Positions 17,725-27,992 of a stretch of DNA of 64,000 nucleotides are shown one piece after another. A program made the translations under genes and the position numbers. How positions within the stretch are numbered: position 1 is the first letter of the stretch; each line of letters opens with the position of its first letter. This DNA comes from a bacterium. GTDB lineage: Bacteria > UBA8248. Below the pieces are notes generated by a model. The model had not been told where the DNA came from and ran no database searches. It was given only the letters and a program-made list of their open reading frames with translations. The DNA lies in assembly GCA_965261085.1 (NCBI GenBank), contig OZ253442.1, forward strand, positions 1,536,001 through 1,600,000. The letters are read 5' to 3'.

Positions 17725-19223
17725 ATCCACTGCGTTTGGCGAATATCCGTACCCGCGCCGAAGCCTTTCTCACCGAATTACGAAAAGAGTGGTACGAGGT
17801 CGGCGCCGGTCTCAAGGAAGATGTGCGCCTGAGCGAGATTTTCGCTGAATACGCCGACCTTTTTACGCGCGAGAACATCCATACTCTCCGCTCCCTCGCC
17901 GATTCGGCGGAAGGTGAAGCCGAATCCACGAGGCTCTCCGAGTTGCGCGGTTTTTTGACCTTGGGCCACATACGCGACGCGACCAGGGAGTTGAGCGAGG
18001 GGGCGCTCCTTTTCGAGACGCAAACGATGGTGAAAACGCCCGGGGGAGAGTCCATTCCCTATCGGCAAAGCGCCGTCGCGCTCTTGAACGAGCCGGACCG
18101 CGAGAAGCGGATTTTTCTGGAAAACGCCCGCTCGGAGGCCTTGGCGCAGAAGAACGAATTCTTGCAGCAAATTCATCACACCACCCATGAAATGGCCGAT
18201 GATTTGGGTTTCAAGGGCTACCTGGGGATGATGGCGGCGTTGAAGCGCTATCCGCTGGAGCCGGTTCACAAGGAGTTGGAGCGGTTTTTAGGGCGCACCG
18301 GGGAGCTTTATGCGGAGGCGATGGAAGAAGAACTGAGCCGAGCGGACGTTCCCCCGGCTTCCGCGCAGCGCCACGATGCGCAGTACTGTTTTCGCGGCGC
18401 CGAGTACGACGCTCTTTTCCCGGCGGAGAAAATCGAAACCTCGGCGCGGGAGGTTTGCGCCTCGATGGGCCTCGATCTCTTGGCGGAAGGTCGGGTGCGC
18501 CTCGACATCGAGGATCGTCCGCTCAAGAGTCCCCGCGCGTTTTGCGCCTCCCTGCACGTACCGGAAGAAGTCTACCTCGTCATCAGGCCCCGGGGCGGTT
18601 ATGACGATTACCGCGCGTTCTGGCACGAACTCGGCCATGCGCTTCATTTCGCCAACGTGGCGGCGGACGCGCCTTTCGAGTGGAAGCGCCTGGGGGATAA
18701 CTCCGTGACCGAGGGGTTCGCCATGCTCTTCGATCATCTTCTGTTCGACCCGCTCTGGCTCGAGGACGCCCTGGGCGGGGAGGCTTCGGACTACGAGGCG
18801 TTTTTGGCCCATCATGCGCTTTTCGAGCTATACATGCTGAGGCGCTATGCGGCGAAAATCGACTATGAGCTCACGCTTCATCAAGGTGCGGAACTCGCGG
18901 GCAAAGACGCCGTTTACCGGGAGAAGCTGAGCGCCGCGACGAGGGTGGAATACCCCGAAGTCTCCTATCTCGACGACGTGGACCCGTTTTTCTACTGCGC
19001 GAATTATCTGCGGGCGTGGATGCTCCAGGCCCAGATGGCCGAGGTCCTGAAGACGAAGTTCGGCAAGAGGTGGTGGATGAATGGCGAGAGCGGCGGATTC
19101 CTGATGGACATCTGGCGCGATGGGCAACGCCACGACGGCGATTCCCTCTCCCGCCACCTCGGCTACCGGAGGCTCACAACGGAACCGCTCGAGGCGCAAA
19201 TCAGGAATCTCATGCCGCGCTAG
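17721..19223 (+). CDS. Zinc metallopeptidase (M3/M32-like gluzincin)
   Basis: KSPRAFC, HELGH and a downstream TEGFA Glu ligand. Confidence 0.8.
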   Translation: MNPLRLANIRTRAEAFLTELRKEWYEVGAGLKEDVRLSEIFAEYADLFTRENIHTLRSLADSAEGEAESTRLSELRGFLTLGHIRDATRELSEGALLFETQTMVKTPGGESIPYRQSAVALLNEPDREKRIFLENARSEALAQKNEFLQQIHHTTHEMADDLGFKGYLGMMAALKRYPLEPVHKELERFLGRTGELYAEAMEEELSRADVPPASAQRHDAQYCFRGAEYDALFPAEKIETSAREVCASMGLDLLAEGRVRLDIEDRPLKSPRAFCASLHVPEEVYLVIRPRGGYDDYRAFWHELGHALHFANVAADAPFEWKRLGDNSVTEGFAMLFDHLLFDPLWLEDALGGEASDYEAFLAHHALFELYMLRRYAAKIDYELTLHQGAELAGKDAVYREKLSAATRVEYPEVSYLDDVDPFFYCANYLRAWMLQAQMAEVLKTKFGKRWWMNGESGGFLMDIWRDGQRHDGDSLSRHLGYRRLTTEPLEAQIRNLMPR

Positions 19224-19247
19224 CCCGCCGATAAGTGAAGGAACACG

Positions 19248-19291
19248 CAGCGGCGAGCCTCCCGGTTCGCCTCGGGCGGCTCGCCGCCGCG
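19248..19291. terminator. GC-rich hairpin between convergent genes
   Basis: GCGGCGAGCC...GGCTCGCCGC inverted repeat; no clear U-tract. Confidence 0.45.
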
Positions 19292-19314
19292 TCAGCTTCT
19301 AATCCGTCTGAACC

Positions 19315-20379
19315 TTAAAGCTCGATGGGCTTGCGCTCCTTACACGAGCGGTCCGCCGCCATGGTGAGGGCGAGTACGTCTCTCGCATGCGCGCCCGTGG
19401 CGAGCCCCACCCCGCCGATTCCCAGGATGTGGCGCACGAAGGCGTCGGTCTCCTCCTTCATGGGGCCGAAGAACTCGCCCATCACGAAATCTCCCGGCAT
19501 GGCGGAGCCCAGGAAGGCGACGTTCACCTGATGCTCGGGCGTGTAGGGGCAGGGAATCGCTTCTTCGGCCGCTAAAATTACGTCCCTGTGCGCGTCGTCC
19601 ACGTTCAGCGAACCTTTCGTGCCTTGCAAGTCGATTTCCATCGTCGCCGTATAGGCGGGCCAGTGGTGGGGCTGGAGCCAGCTCGTGCCCAGCGTGGCCA
19701 CGCTCCCGTCGTCGAAGGTGACGATCATCCACTGGAAATCGTCGCGGTTGTATTTCTTGAACACGAAGCTCGCCGAGCGGGCGTAGACCTCGACGGGTTT
19801 TTTCCCCTCCATGTACCAGAGGATGAGGTCGACCATGTAGGTGAGGGTATTGATGGAGGGCGTGGTGTTGGGCGAGCGCTTCGCCACGGCCTCGCCCACG
19901 GCGCGCGTCACGTAGATCTTGCCGAGCGCCATCACGATGTCGCCGAGCTGGCCGGCGAAGGCCGCCTGTTTCGCGAGCAGAAAGCGCCTTCTGTAGCGCT
20001 GGGTGTAGCCCACGAATATCTCGGCGCCCGACGCGTCGGCTTTCGCCAGAATGTCGTCCGCCTCGTCCAGATTGAGGACGAAGGGTTTTTCGATGAGCAC
20101 GGGCTTTCCGAGTTCGGCCGCCAGAGCCGCCGGGCCGTGGTGAAACTCCTCATCCGATGAGACGATGACGGCGCCCACGCGCTCGTCCCTTATCGCCACT
20201 TCATATTTTTCCGTCGCCACGTCGGCCCGCACCGACTCCGCCAGGCGGTCGAGCTTCTCGGGCACGATGTCGCATATGGCGAGATAATCCACCTGGGGGA
20301 TTTGCGCGCAAGAATGCGCTCTGAGCGTTCCGATGCCACCGGCGCCGATGACGGCTACTCCTGTCGTTTTCACAATCAT
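19315..20379 (-). CDS. Gfo/Idh/MocA family oxidoreductase
   Basis: VIGAGGIG, EKP and GYTQRY. Confidence 0.9.
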   Translation of the reverse strand: MIVKTTGVAVIGAGGIGTLRAHSCAQIPQVDYLAICDIVPEKLDRLAESVRADVATEKYEVAIRDERVGAVIVSSDEEFHHGPAALAAELGKPVLIEKPFVLNLDEADDILAKADASGAEIFVGYTQRYRRRFLLAKQAAFAGQLGDIVMALGKIYVTRAVGEAVAKRSPNTTPSINTLTYMVDLILWYMEGKKPVEVYARSASFVFKKYNRDDFQWMIVTFDDGSVATLGTSWLQPHHWPAYTATMEIDLQGTKGSLNVDDAHRDVILAAEEAIPCPYTPEHQVNVAFLGSAMPGDFVMGEFFGPMKEETDAFVRHILGIGGVGLATGAHARDVLALTMAADRSCKERKPIEL

Positions 20380-20465
20380 CTCCTCACAGAATTTGCATCC
20401 GCTTCGTTTCAGGGGAATAATCCCCTTGTCTCGTATATATTCCCATCATACATCGGGAGAATTCC

Positions 20466-21443
20466 ATGCGCATCGACGTTCAGACCCATCACGTGCCACA
20501 AGCCTATGTCAAAGCGCTCGCCACGCGCTCCGACTTTCCGCACTACGAGAAGGCGGAGGATTTCTGGTGGGGGTGGGCGAGCCCGGATGAAAAACTTCCG
20601 ATGCGGCCACCCGCCCTGGACATCGCCATCAAGCTCGCCGAAATGGATGAGCAGGAAATCGATATTGCCCTAATCAGCATCAACATTCCAGGCGCGGACC
20701 TCGCAAAAAACCCAAAAGACGCGGATGAACTCGCGAGAATCGGCAACGACGGCCTGGCCGAGGCCGCGGCGCTTCATCCGGGGCGATTCCGGGGGGTGGC
20801 CTCGCTCGGCTTTGGCGATATCGACGCGACTTGCCGCGAGTTGGAGCGCTGCGTGGATGAGCTTGATTTCGTGGGACTGCAGGTGTTCGCCTACGTGGGC
20901 GGCAAGCGCTACATCGACGACGCAGCCCATGAACCCCTCTGGGCGCTTCTGGCCGAGCGCGGGGTTCCGCTCGTACTGCACCCGGGGCCTTCTCCATCGG
21001 GGCCGCAGTATAAGGACCACTGGCTGGGGCCGATGATAGGCTTCATGTTCGATGAGTGTCTGGCGGCGCTGAGACTCATTCTGGGCGGCGTACTGGAGCG
21101 TCACCCTGCTCTCAAGGTGCTCTTGCCGCACGGAGGCGCATCGCTTCCATTCTTCATCGGGCGGGTGGACAACCTGAGTTCGCGCTACCGAGACGATCAG
21201 GACTTGATCACCCGCGAACCGAGCGAATACTTCGCGCGTTTTAGCACGGATACGGTGGTTCACTCCCAAACGGCGCTCGAGTTCTCCTTGAAGGAGATGG
21301 GCGCATCGCGCATGATGTTCGCGAGCGACGCCCCCTGGGTGCCCGTGAAGCGCCATGTCGACATGGTGAACGCGCTGGATATCTCACCGGAAGATGCGGA
21401 AAAAATCTGGAGCGGCACGGCGAAAGAGTTTTTCGGGTTGTAG
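20466..21443 (+). CDS. Amidohydrolase-2 family (ACMSD-like) protein
   Basis: IDVQTH, LHP, PHGG and MFASD. Confidence 0.88.
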   Translation: MRIDVQTHHVPQAYVKALATRSDFPHYEKAEDFWWGWASPDEKLPMRPPALDIAIKLAEMDEQEIDIALISINIPGADLAKNPKDADELARIGNDGLAEAAALHPGRFRGVASLGFGDIDATCRELERCVDELDFVGLQVFAYVGGKRYIDDAAHEPLWALLAERGVPLVLHPGPSPSGPQYKDHWLGPMIGFMFDECLAALRLILGGVLERHPALKVLLPHGGASLPFFIGRVDNLSSRYRDDQDLITREPSEYFARFSTDTVVHSQTALEFSLKEMGASRMMFASDAPWVPVKRHVDMVNALDISPEDAEKIWSGTAKEFFGL

Positions 21444-21453
21444 AGCGCCTGGT

Positions 21454-21909
21454 TTATGCATCGCTTCTGAGAAGCATGCGCTTCACGTCGTATTCGAGCA
21501 CCACCTCGCCCTTTTGATTGAGCACCCTTTGATGCGTGGAGACGACGCCGCGATCGGGCCTGCTTTTAGAAGGACGCACGTCGGTCGTCGCCACTTCCAC
21601 CGTGAGCGTATCGCCCACGTAGACCGGCGCGCGCGCCACGAGGCCATCGACGCCCAAAAGGGCGATCGCATAATCGTGCAGGACGCCCGTCTGGACGATG
21701 AGCGTATCCGCTATCCCGCAGGTGAATAGGGCCGGCGCCATGCGCTTCTCATGGCCTTTTTCCCGTAAAAACTCCATGTCGAGAAACAGGCTTTCCGTAT
21801 AGCCCACCAGATTGACGTAGGTCACCACGTCGGTCTCGGTGATGGTTCTGCCCCGGGTGGTGAATTTGCTCCCGACCTCCCATTTTTCAAACGCAACGCC
21901 TTCGCCCAT
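21454..21909 (-). CDS. MaoC-like hot-dog dehydratase
   Basis: RTITETD, APVYVGDT, RPDRGVV and NQKGEVV; start at MGEG. Confidence 0.85.
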   Translation of the reverse strand: MGEGVAFEKWEVGSKFTTRGRTITETDVVTYVNLVGYTESLFLDMEFLREKGHEKRMAPALFTCGIADTLIVQTGVLHDYAIALLGVDGLVARAPVYVGDTLTVEVATTDVRPSKSRPDRGVVSTHQRVLNQKGEVVLEYDVKRMLLRSDA

Positions 21910-22150
21910 GTAACCTGAAACCTCCTGAATAGTCGTGTGGTTCCGCGGAAGAGCGATTCTACAGGTGAGCGGCGAAATCTTCAAAGTTCGCGCGGGTTCT
22001 GCTTGTCGGGACGGGAAACGAGAGGCGTCAAGCCTTTGATTCGGTGAGCCGGCCCCATCTATACTGACCCGTATGTATTGATCGAGTATGTGTCCGTGTA
22101 CGACTTGCCCGATAAAATCGTCTAAGAATAACCGGATCGAATACATCGTC

Positions 22151-22993
22151 ATGACGCGCATCGTGTGCTGCAACATCGCAAAGAGAAACCCGCCTTGGAA
22201 AGAACTGCTGGAGATGGAGGTGGACGTCGCCTTGCTACAGGAGGCGGGTAGGCCGCCGTCCAATCTGGCCCGCCCGGTCGAGTTGGGACCTCAATTTCCC
22301 TGGGAGCCGTGGGACGAGAGTCTCTATGACCGAGGGGCGATGGTCGTCAAACTCTCCGAGCGGGTCGAGATAGAGTGGTTCAAGCGCGTTTTTCCGATCA
22401 GCGTGGCGAAGCGCGATGAAATCCCGGTCAGCGGTATCGGCACCATCGCGGCCGCAAGGGTGATTCCGGGAGAGGGGGAGCCGTTTATTGTGGTGTCGAT
22501 GTATGCGCGCTGGATCAAGCCTCATGTCACGACCGGGACGAAATGGAGGGTAGGCTACCCGGATGGGTCGGCCCACCGAATCATCTCGGATATGTCCGCG
22601 TTCATCGGCGACATTGACCCCTCGACGCACCGCATTCTGGCGGCCGGCGATCTCAACACGATATACGGCGCGACGGACGACAATCGGCTGGCGCTTCCGG
22701 CGCGGGATCGTACGATCTTCGATCGAATGAACGCGCTGGGCCTGGAATTCATAGGGCCGCAATACCCGAACGGCAGGCGGGCGGAGCCCACGCCGAAAGG
22801 GTTGCCGAAAGACACGAAGAATGTTCCGACCTACTACACGACGAGGCAATCTCCCGCGACCGCCCAGAATCAACTCGATTACGTCTTCGCCTCGCGGGGA
22901 TTCCACGAGAGTGTGGCCGTCCGCGCCCTGAACGGCGTCGATGAGTGGGGTTCGAGCGACCACTGCCGAATATGGATAGAAGTCGGCCCGTAG
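22151..22993 (+). CDS. Endonuclease/exonuclease/phosphatase (EEP) family protein
   Basis: N-terminal xCNI, LLQE, AGDLN, QLDYVF and SDH. Confidence 0.85.
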   Translation: MTRIVCCNIAKRNPPWKELLEMEVDVALLQEAGRPPSNLARPVELGPQFPWEPWDESLYDRGAMVVKLSERVEIEWFKRVFPISVAKRDEIPVSGIGTIAAARVIPGEGEPFIVVSMYARWIKPHVTTGTKWRVGYPDGSAHRIISDMSAFIGDIDPSTHRILAAGDLNTIYGATDDNRLALPARDRTIFDRMNALGLEFIGPQYPNGRRAEPTPKGLPKDTKNVPTYYTTRQSPATAQNQLDYVFASRGFHESVAVRALNGVDEWGSSDHCRIWIEVGP

Positions 22994-23163
22994 TGGGCCT
23001 TTGGATGGCGTGAGAGACGCTTCGGACATGGAATGATACAAATGTAAAGATATCAATGCTTTATCTAAGAGTGGAACCCGGCGGCGTCTATGAGTATAAT
23101 ATGGGAGTCGCCGGTTCACATCTTTTCTCGTCAAATGAGGAAAGTTCCAGGGAGGGCGGACGA

Positions 23164-23916
23164 ATGAGGCGTTATGGAATTATCATCGCTTTAAGCGTTT
23201 TGGCGGTCGTTTTTCTGATCAACACTGCGGCGGCGGGTGACCGTCGCGGTCGGCGCCACGGAATTAAACGGCATCATAAATATAAATCGCAGCGACAACA
23301 CAGAGTGCAACGGCATCGCAAATGGCAACGCAATCACCGTCGTCCCCGCACTATCATTCGCCACAACTACTGGTACGGCCTGCGCTTCGTCGCTCCAGTC
23401 TTGTACGGCTATCCGGTCTGGAATGGCCCGCGCGTCATTTATCGGCCCTACCCGCGTGAGCGTTACGTGTACCGCTCCCCTGATTATGGCTGCGCATCCT
23501 ATGTCTCGGATAACGACAACGAGGTTCTCGGCTCGATGATCGGCGCTATCAGCGGCGGCGTCATCGGACACCAGGTCGGCAGGGGAAGTGGGCAGGCGCT
23601 GGCCACCTTCGCGGGCGTGCTTCTCGGAAGCGTCGTGGGTGGGCAGATCGGACGAGACCTCGATGACGCCGAGCGGCTCAAGCTCGCAAGCGCCACGCAG
23701 TACGCGCTCGAGAACCAGCGCTCCGGCACGCGAACCGTCTGGGACAACCCGGACAGGCGGGTTTGCGTCGTCGTCGTTCCCAAGCCTGCCTTCAAGAACG
23801 AACTTAACCAGTATTGCCGGGAGTTCCAGCAGTCGATCGCCATCGACGGCAAAAAGCAAAGCGCCTACGGCACCGCTTGCAGGCAGCCCGACGGGCAATG
23901 GAAGATCGCCAACTAG
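23164..23916 (+). CDS. Secreted glycine-zipper protein, 17-kDa surface-antigen-like C-terminus
   Basis: Signal peptide, glycine zipper, and YCREFQQ...AYGTACRQPDGQW. Confidence 0.85.
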   Translation: MRRYGIIIALSVLAVVFLINTAAAGDRRGRRHGIKRHHKYKSQRQHRVQRHRKWQRNHRRPRTIIRHNYWYGLRFVAPVLYGYPVWNGPRVIYRPYPRERYVYRSPDYGCASYVSDNDNEVLGSMIGAISGGVIGHQVGRGSGQALATFAGVLLGSVVGGQIGRDLDDAERLKLASATQYALENQRSGTRTVWDNPDRRVCVVVVPKPAFKNELNQYCREFQQSIAIDGKKQSAYGTACRQPDGQWKIAN

Positions 23917-23934
23917 CCCGCTGACGCTTATAGC

Positions 23935-24975
23935 CTAATCCATCACGACGACCGCGCGGCCCGTGACGGCAGCCACTTCCAGCCGCTCGTGGACCTTTTC
24001 CACCTCATCGACGTTGAACGAGTAGGTTTCCGTCACCACGGGCCAGACGTCGCCCCGCGCCACGAGGTCGAGCGATTCCTTGAGCTCCTGTTTCGACGCG
24101 TACCGGCTGCCCATGAGTTCCAGTTCTTTTTGCACCATCTCTCGCGATGCGGTCTGAAACGTCTGCCCCGTGCCGCCCAGCGTCACCAGGCGTCCGCCGA
24201 TTCCCAGGGCTTGAACGCCCGCTTCCATCGTGGCGGCTGAGGAGACGAAATCGATCACCACGTCCACGCCCTTGCCGCCCGTCAAGTCCAAAAGCGCGCC
24301 TGCGACGTCTTCCTGGGATGCGTCGACGGCCTCATCCGCTCCCACGTCGCGGCATTTGCCGAGTTTGTTCGCCGCGATGTCCACGGCGATGACTCTGGCG
24401 TGCGCCCACTTGGCCATCATGACCATGTGGATTCCCACGCCGCCGCCCGCGCCCACGACGGCCACGGTCTCGAGAGGCGCGATGCGCGCGCGCTTCGTCA
24501 CCTTGTAAGGTGTGGCTATCGCGTCGCAGATGACGGAGACTTCCGCGGCGTTGTTTTCATAGTCGAGCCTGGCGGGGAGTTTGATGAAATTCCTCGCGGG
24601 CAGCTTGATGTATTCGGCATAGGCGCCCTGCACCTGGCGGCCGATGTAGCCCGTGAAATTCTCGCACAGCGTCTCGCGGTTGATGAGGCACCACTTGCAC
24701 CTTCCGCAGGTGACGTAGAAATGGGCGGTCACCGCGTCGCCCTCCTGTAGGCCCTCCACGCCCTCTCCGACGGCGGAGATGACGGCGGTGATCTCATGAC
24801 CGATGATGAGGGGATAATCCACCCCGGGCACCCGGCCCATGCGGGCGTGGTGGATGGTCAGCCCGGCGCCGCAGGCCAGTATCTTCGCAACCGCTTCCCC
24901 CGGCCCCGGCACGGGGTCTGGATATTCTTCCTCGACAAAGGGTTTTCCCGGCTCTCTCAGCACCATCGCCTTCAA
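23935..24975 (-). CDS. Zn-binding MDR alcohol dehydrogenase-like protein
   Basis: GHE, C-x2-C-x2-C-x7-C and GAGGGVG. Confidence 0.88.
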   Translation of the reverse strand: MKAMVLREPGKPFVEEEYPDPVPGPGEAVAKILACGAGLTIHHARMGRVPGVDYPLIIGHEITAVISAVGEGVEGLQEGDAVTAHFYVTCGRCKWCLINRETLCENFTGYIGRQVQGAYAEYIKLPARNFIKLPARLDYENNAAEVSVICDAIATPYKVTKRARIAPLETVAVVGAGGGVGIHMVMMAKWAHARVIAVDIAANKLGKCRDVGADEAVDASQEDVAGALLDLTGGKGVDVVIDFVSSAATMEAGVQALGIGGRLVTLGGTGQTFQTASREMVQKELELMGSRYASKQELKESLDLVARGDVWPVVTETYSFNVDEVEKVHERLEVAAVTGRAVVVMD

Positions 24976-25104
24976 GGGGCGTCCTCCTCGTAAAAATGGA
25001 ATGGAATTTCGAAGGCTCGATTACAGCACATAGGCGCGCGCCTAGGCAATGAGGAACGGATGGCGTACCCTCCTCGGTGACGTCAAACTACGAAAAGCGA
25101 AAGC

Positions 25105-25491
25105 ATGGTGAATGAGCCCGTTGGAAGTGAAGAAAGAACGTTCAGCGCGAATCGCGCTGCCAAGACTACGCTGCTGGTCGCCTCCTTGATGCTCGCCTTC
25201 ACCGCGTCGGCGCTCTATACGAACCAGCCGGGCAGGGTGGGCTACGGCTGGGCGACGCTGGCGGGAGGGGTGGCCCTGGGCGTCTTCGGGCTGGCGACCT
25301 GGCGCGGGTTCACGTGGTGTTGCTACCTATCGGCCCTGGTTCTGGGCGTATTCGATTTTATCTGGATGATGCGGGTACTCGAGGGCTTCGAGGTCGGCCT
25401 CGCCATCTGGATAGCGATATGCTTTTTCTCCATCAAGGAGATTTGGCCGGGCATCGACGAGAAATTTCCCTGGCTCAAGCGCAATCCCTAA
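25105..25491 (+). CDS. Small integral membrane protein (about 4 TM)
   Basis: Four hydrophobic segments; fills the intergenic gap. Confidence 0.65.
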   Translation: MVNEPVGSEERTFSANRAAKTTLLVASLMLAFTASALYTNQPGRVGYGWATLAGGVALGVFGLATWRGFTWCCYLSALVLGVFDFIWMMRVLEGFEVGLAIWIAICFFSIKEIWPGIDEKFPWLKRNP

Positions 25492-25516
25492 AGAGGGGCC
25501 GCGCTTCTATCCCCTA

Positions 25517-26623
25517 TTACAATTTGTCCATCACGTAGCGGACGCTCTCGAAATGGCGGGGCGCACCGCCCGGCGCGAAATCAGGCGCGTTCAAGGCCCA
25601 TAGCGGCACCTCGCTCTCGTGCAGCGAGCCGTGGCTTCTGAGGCGAACCTCGCGCTCTGCTTCATCCATCACGCCGAACACGGTCTCCTCATCCGCCAGC
25701 ACCATGATGTCGCCCACCCGCTCGGCCATTAGCTGAAAGCGCGCGGCCGCTTCCTGGCGCGTCAGCGCATCCTCGATTCCCGGGCAGGCTTTGAGGATGG
25801 AAACGGCATCAGGGAGCGCATCCTCGCTTTCCATGTGGACGTAGGCCGCGCCGCCCTGGTTCCCGTGGTGGACGACGTATCTATCCTTGATGATGGGCAC
25901 GGCTTCCGCGCCGACGCCCTGGTTTCTCAAGATGACGCCCGGGTCCAGCGCCCTTGTTTTATCGCGCATCCCGTGGTCTGCGGTGATGAATATCGCCCCG
26001 TCTTTATGCGTGCTCATCCAGCTATCGACCAGCTTTCCGATTTCCGCGTCGAGCGCGGCGTGGTGTTCCTGCGCCTCGGCATGCTCGGGAGCGAATTTGT
26101 GCTGCAGGTAGTCCGTGGTGGTGACGTAGAGCAGGTCCGGCTTTTGATCTTCGAGCACCGCGCGCGCCGCCCGCAGAAGCCAGAGGTTGACGGCCCCGCT
26201 GTATATCTCCTCTTTGGGACCCGCTTTTTGGGTGAGCCACCCGGGCGGGTCTTCGGCGGTGACGACCGCTCCCGCCCCTTTGCCGATCATGTCGCAGAGT
26301 TTTTGTTTGGACGCCAAAACGGCGGTCTTCCGCCCCGAAGCGCGGCCCATCTCCATGAGCGTGGGCGAGAGGACGAAATCTCCCGATTCCATGTAGACCT
26401 CTTCGCCCGTTTCCGGGTTCAGGAAGTAATTGGCCGTAATTCCGTGTGAGGCGGGGGGCGCGCCGCAGATCATCGAGACGTTGTTCACGTTGGTGACGGA
26501 GGGCATCTGGCACGAAACGATGAAGCGCGCGCCCTGGCTCTCGATTCTATCGAGATTCGGCGTGGGGGAGGCCTCGAAATAGGCGGGGTCGCCGCCGTCG
26601 ATCAGGATGATGAGGGCTTGCAT
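25517..26623 (-). CDS. Alkaline-phosphatase superfamily, phosphonoacetate hydrolase-like
   Basis: IDG, MPSVTNVNN, TTDYLQHK, ADHGM, DRYVVHH and RSHG match PhnA-type motifs. Confidence 0.8.
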   Translation of the reverse strand: MQALIILIDGGDPAYFEASPTPNLDRIESQGARFIVSCQMPSVTNVNNVSMICGAPPASHGITANYFLNPETGEEVYMESGDFVLSPTLMEMGRASGRKTAVLASKQKLCDMIGKGAGAVVTAEDPPGWLTQKAGPKEEIYSGAVNLWLLRAARAVLEDQKPDLLYVTTTDYLQHKFAPEHAEAQEHHAALDAEIGKLVDSWMSTHKDGAIFITADHGMRDKTRALDPGVILRNQGVGAEAVPIIKDRYVVHHGNQGGAAYVHMESEDALPDAVSILKACPGIEDALTRQEAAARFQLMAERVGDIMVLADEETVFGVMDEAEREVRLRSHGSLHESEVPLWALNAPDFAPGGAPRHFESVRYVMDKL

Positions 26624-26635
26624 GCGGAGACGCGA

Positions 26636-27916
26636 TCAGCCCAGGCGTCTTAAGGCCTTGGCGCCGATATCTTTCCTGAAATACGCATCTTCCCAATAAA
26701 CCAGATCGCTCGCCTCATAAGCGCGCGCGATGGCTGCGCGGATGTCGATCCCGCGCGCGGTGACGCCCAGTACGCGGCCTCCGGCGGTCACGACGACGCC
26801 TGTATCGTTCAGGCCCGTTCCGGCGTGAAAAACGTGAACGCCGGGCAGGGCGTCGGCATCCTCGATTCCGTGAATCGCGTCGCCCTTCCGGTAGGCGTCC
26901 GGGTAGCCGCCCGCCGCCATGACGACGCAGACCGCGGCGTCTTTCGAATAGCGGATGGTCGTCTCATGGAGCCGCCCCTCGACGCACGCCATGAGGATGG
27001 GCAGCAAATCCCCCTCCATGCGGGTGAGCAGCGGCTGGCATTCGGGGTCGCCGAAGCGGCAGTTGAATTCCAGGACTTTCAGCTCATCGCCCTGCACCAT
27101 GAGGCCGGCGTAGAGAATCCCCCGGTAGGGCGTTCCTCGCCTCGCCATGGTGCGGATGGCGGGTTTGATGACGGTTTCGAGCGCTTTTTGCTCGAGCGCG
27201 CCCGAGAGCACGGGTGCGGGGGAATAAGCGCCCATGCCGCCCGTGTTGGGGCCGGTATCGCCTTCGCCGATGGCCTTGTGATCTTGCGCGGAGGCCATGG
27301 GGAGCACGGTTTCGCCGTCTGCGAACGCGAGAAAGCTCGCCTCCTCACCTTCCAGGAATTCCTCCACCACGCACGCGGCGCCCGCCTCGCCGAACGCTCT
27401 TTGTTCCATGATTTGGGATATGGCGTCGTGCGCGCTCGCCACATCGGGACACAGCAGCACGCCCTTGCCTGCGGCGAGACCATCGGCCTTCACCGCCCAT
27501 GCGCCGCCGCGCTGCGATACGAAATCCCTGGCCGCTCCCGCCTCTTCGAAAACGCCGTAGGCGGCGGTGGGGATTCCCGCCTCGTCCATCAAGGCCTTCG
27601 AGAACGCCTTGCTCGCCTCGATGCGGGCGGCCTCGGCCGATGGGCCGAACGCCCGAATCCCGAGCGCTTCGAGTTTGTCCACCAGCCCTAAGGCGAGGGG
27701 GGCTTCGGGGCCGACGACCACCAGGCCCGGTTTTTCCTCTTTCGCCAGAGAAAGGAGGCCTTCGACGTCCTCCGCGCCTAAGCTTATGTTTCGCCCGACC
27801 TGCGCCGTGCCCGCGTTTCCGGGCGCGCAGACGACCTCGTCCACTTCCGGGCTTTGGTTCAGTTTCCAGGCCAGGGCGTGCTCACGCCCGCCCCCGCCGA
27901 CAATGATGACTTTCAT
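26636..27916 (-). CDS. purD: Phosphoribosylamine-glycine ligase
   Basis: GGGGREHA, KADGLAAGKG, GPNTGGMGAYSP and EFNCRFGDPE. Confidence 0.98.
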   Translation of the reverse strand: MKVIIVGGGGREHALAWKLNQSPEVDEVVCAPGNAGTAQVGRNISLGAEDVEGLLSLAKEEKPGLVVVGPEAPLALGLVDKLEALGIRAFGPSAEAARIEASKAFSKALMDEAGIPTAAYGVFEEAGAARDFVSQRGGAWAVKADGLAAGKGVLLCPDVASAHDAISQIMEQRAFGEAGAACVVEEFLEGEEASFLAFADGETVLPMASAQDHKAIGEGDTGPNTGGMGAYSPAPVLSGALEQKALETVIKPAIRTMARRGTPYRGILYAGLMVQGDELKVLEFNCRFGDPECQPLLTRMEGDLLPILMACVEGRLHETTIRYSKDAAVCVVMAAGGYPDAYRKGDAIHGIEDADALPGVHVFHAGTGLNDTGVVVTAGGRVLGVTARGIDIRAAIARAYEASDLVYWEDAYFRKDIGAKALRRLG

Positions 27917-27992
27917 CGGATATTCCCGTTAAAGAATGGTGAAGGCCACAACTTAAGGCGGCGCGAAAAAGGTGTCAAACGATTGGGACACA

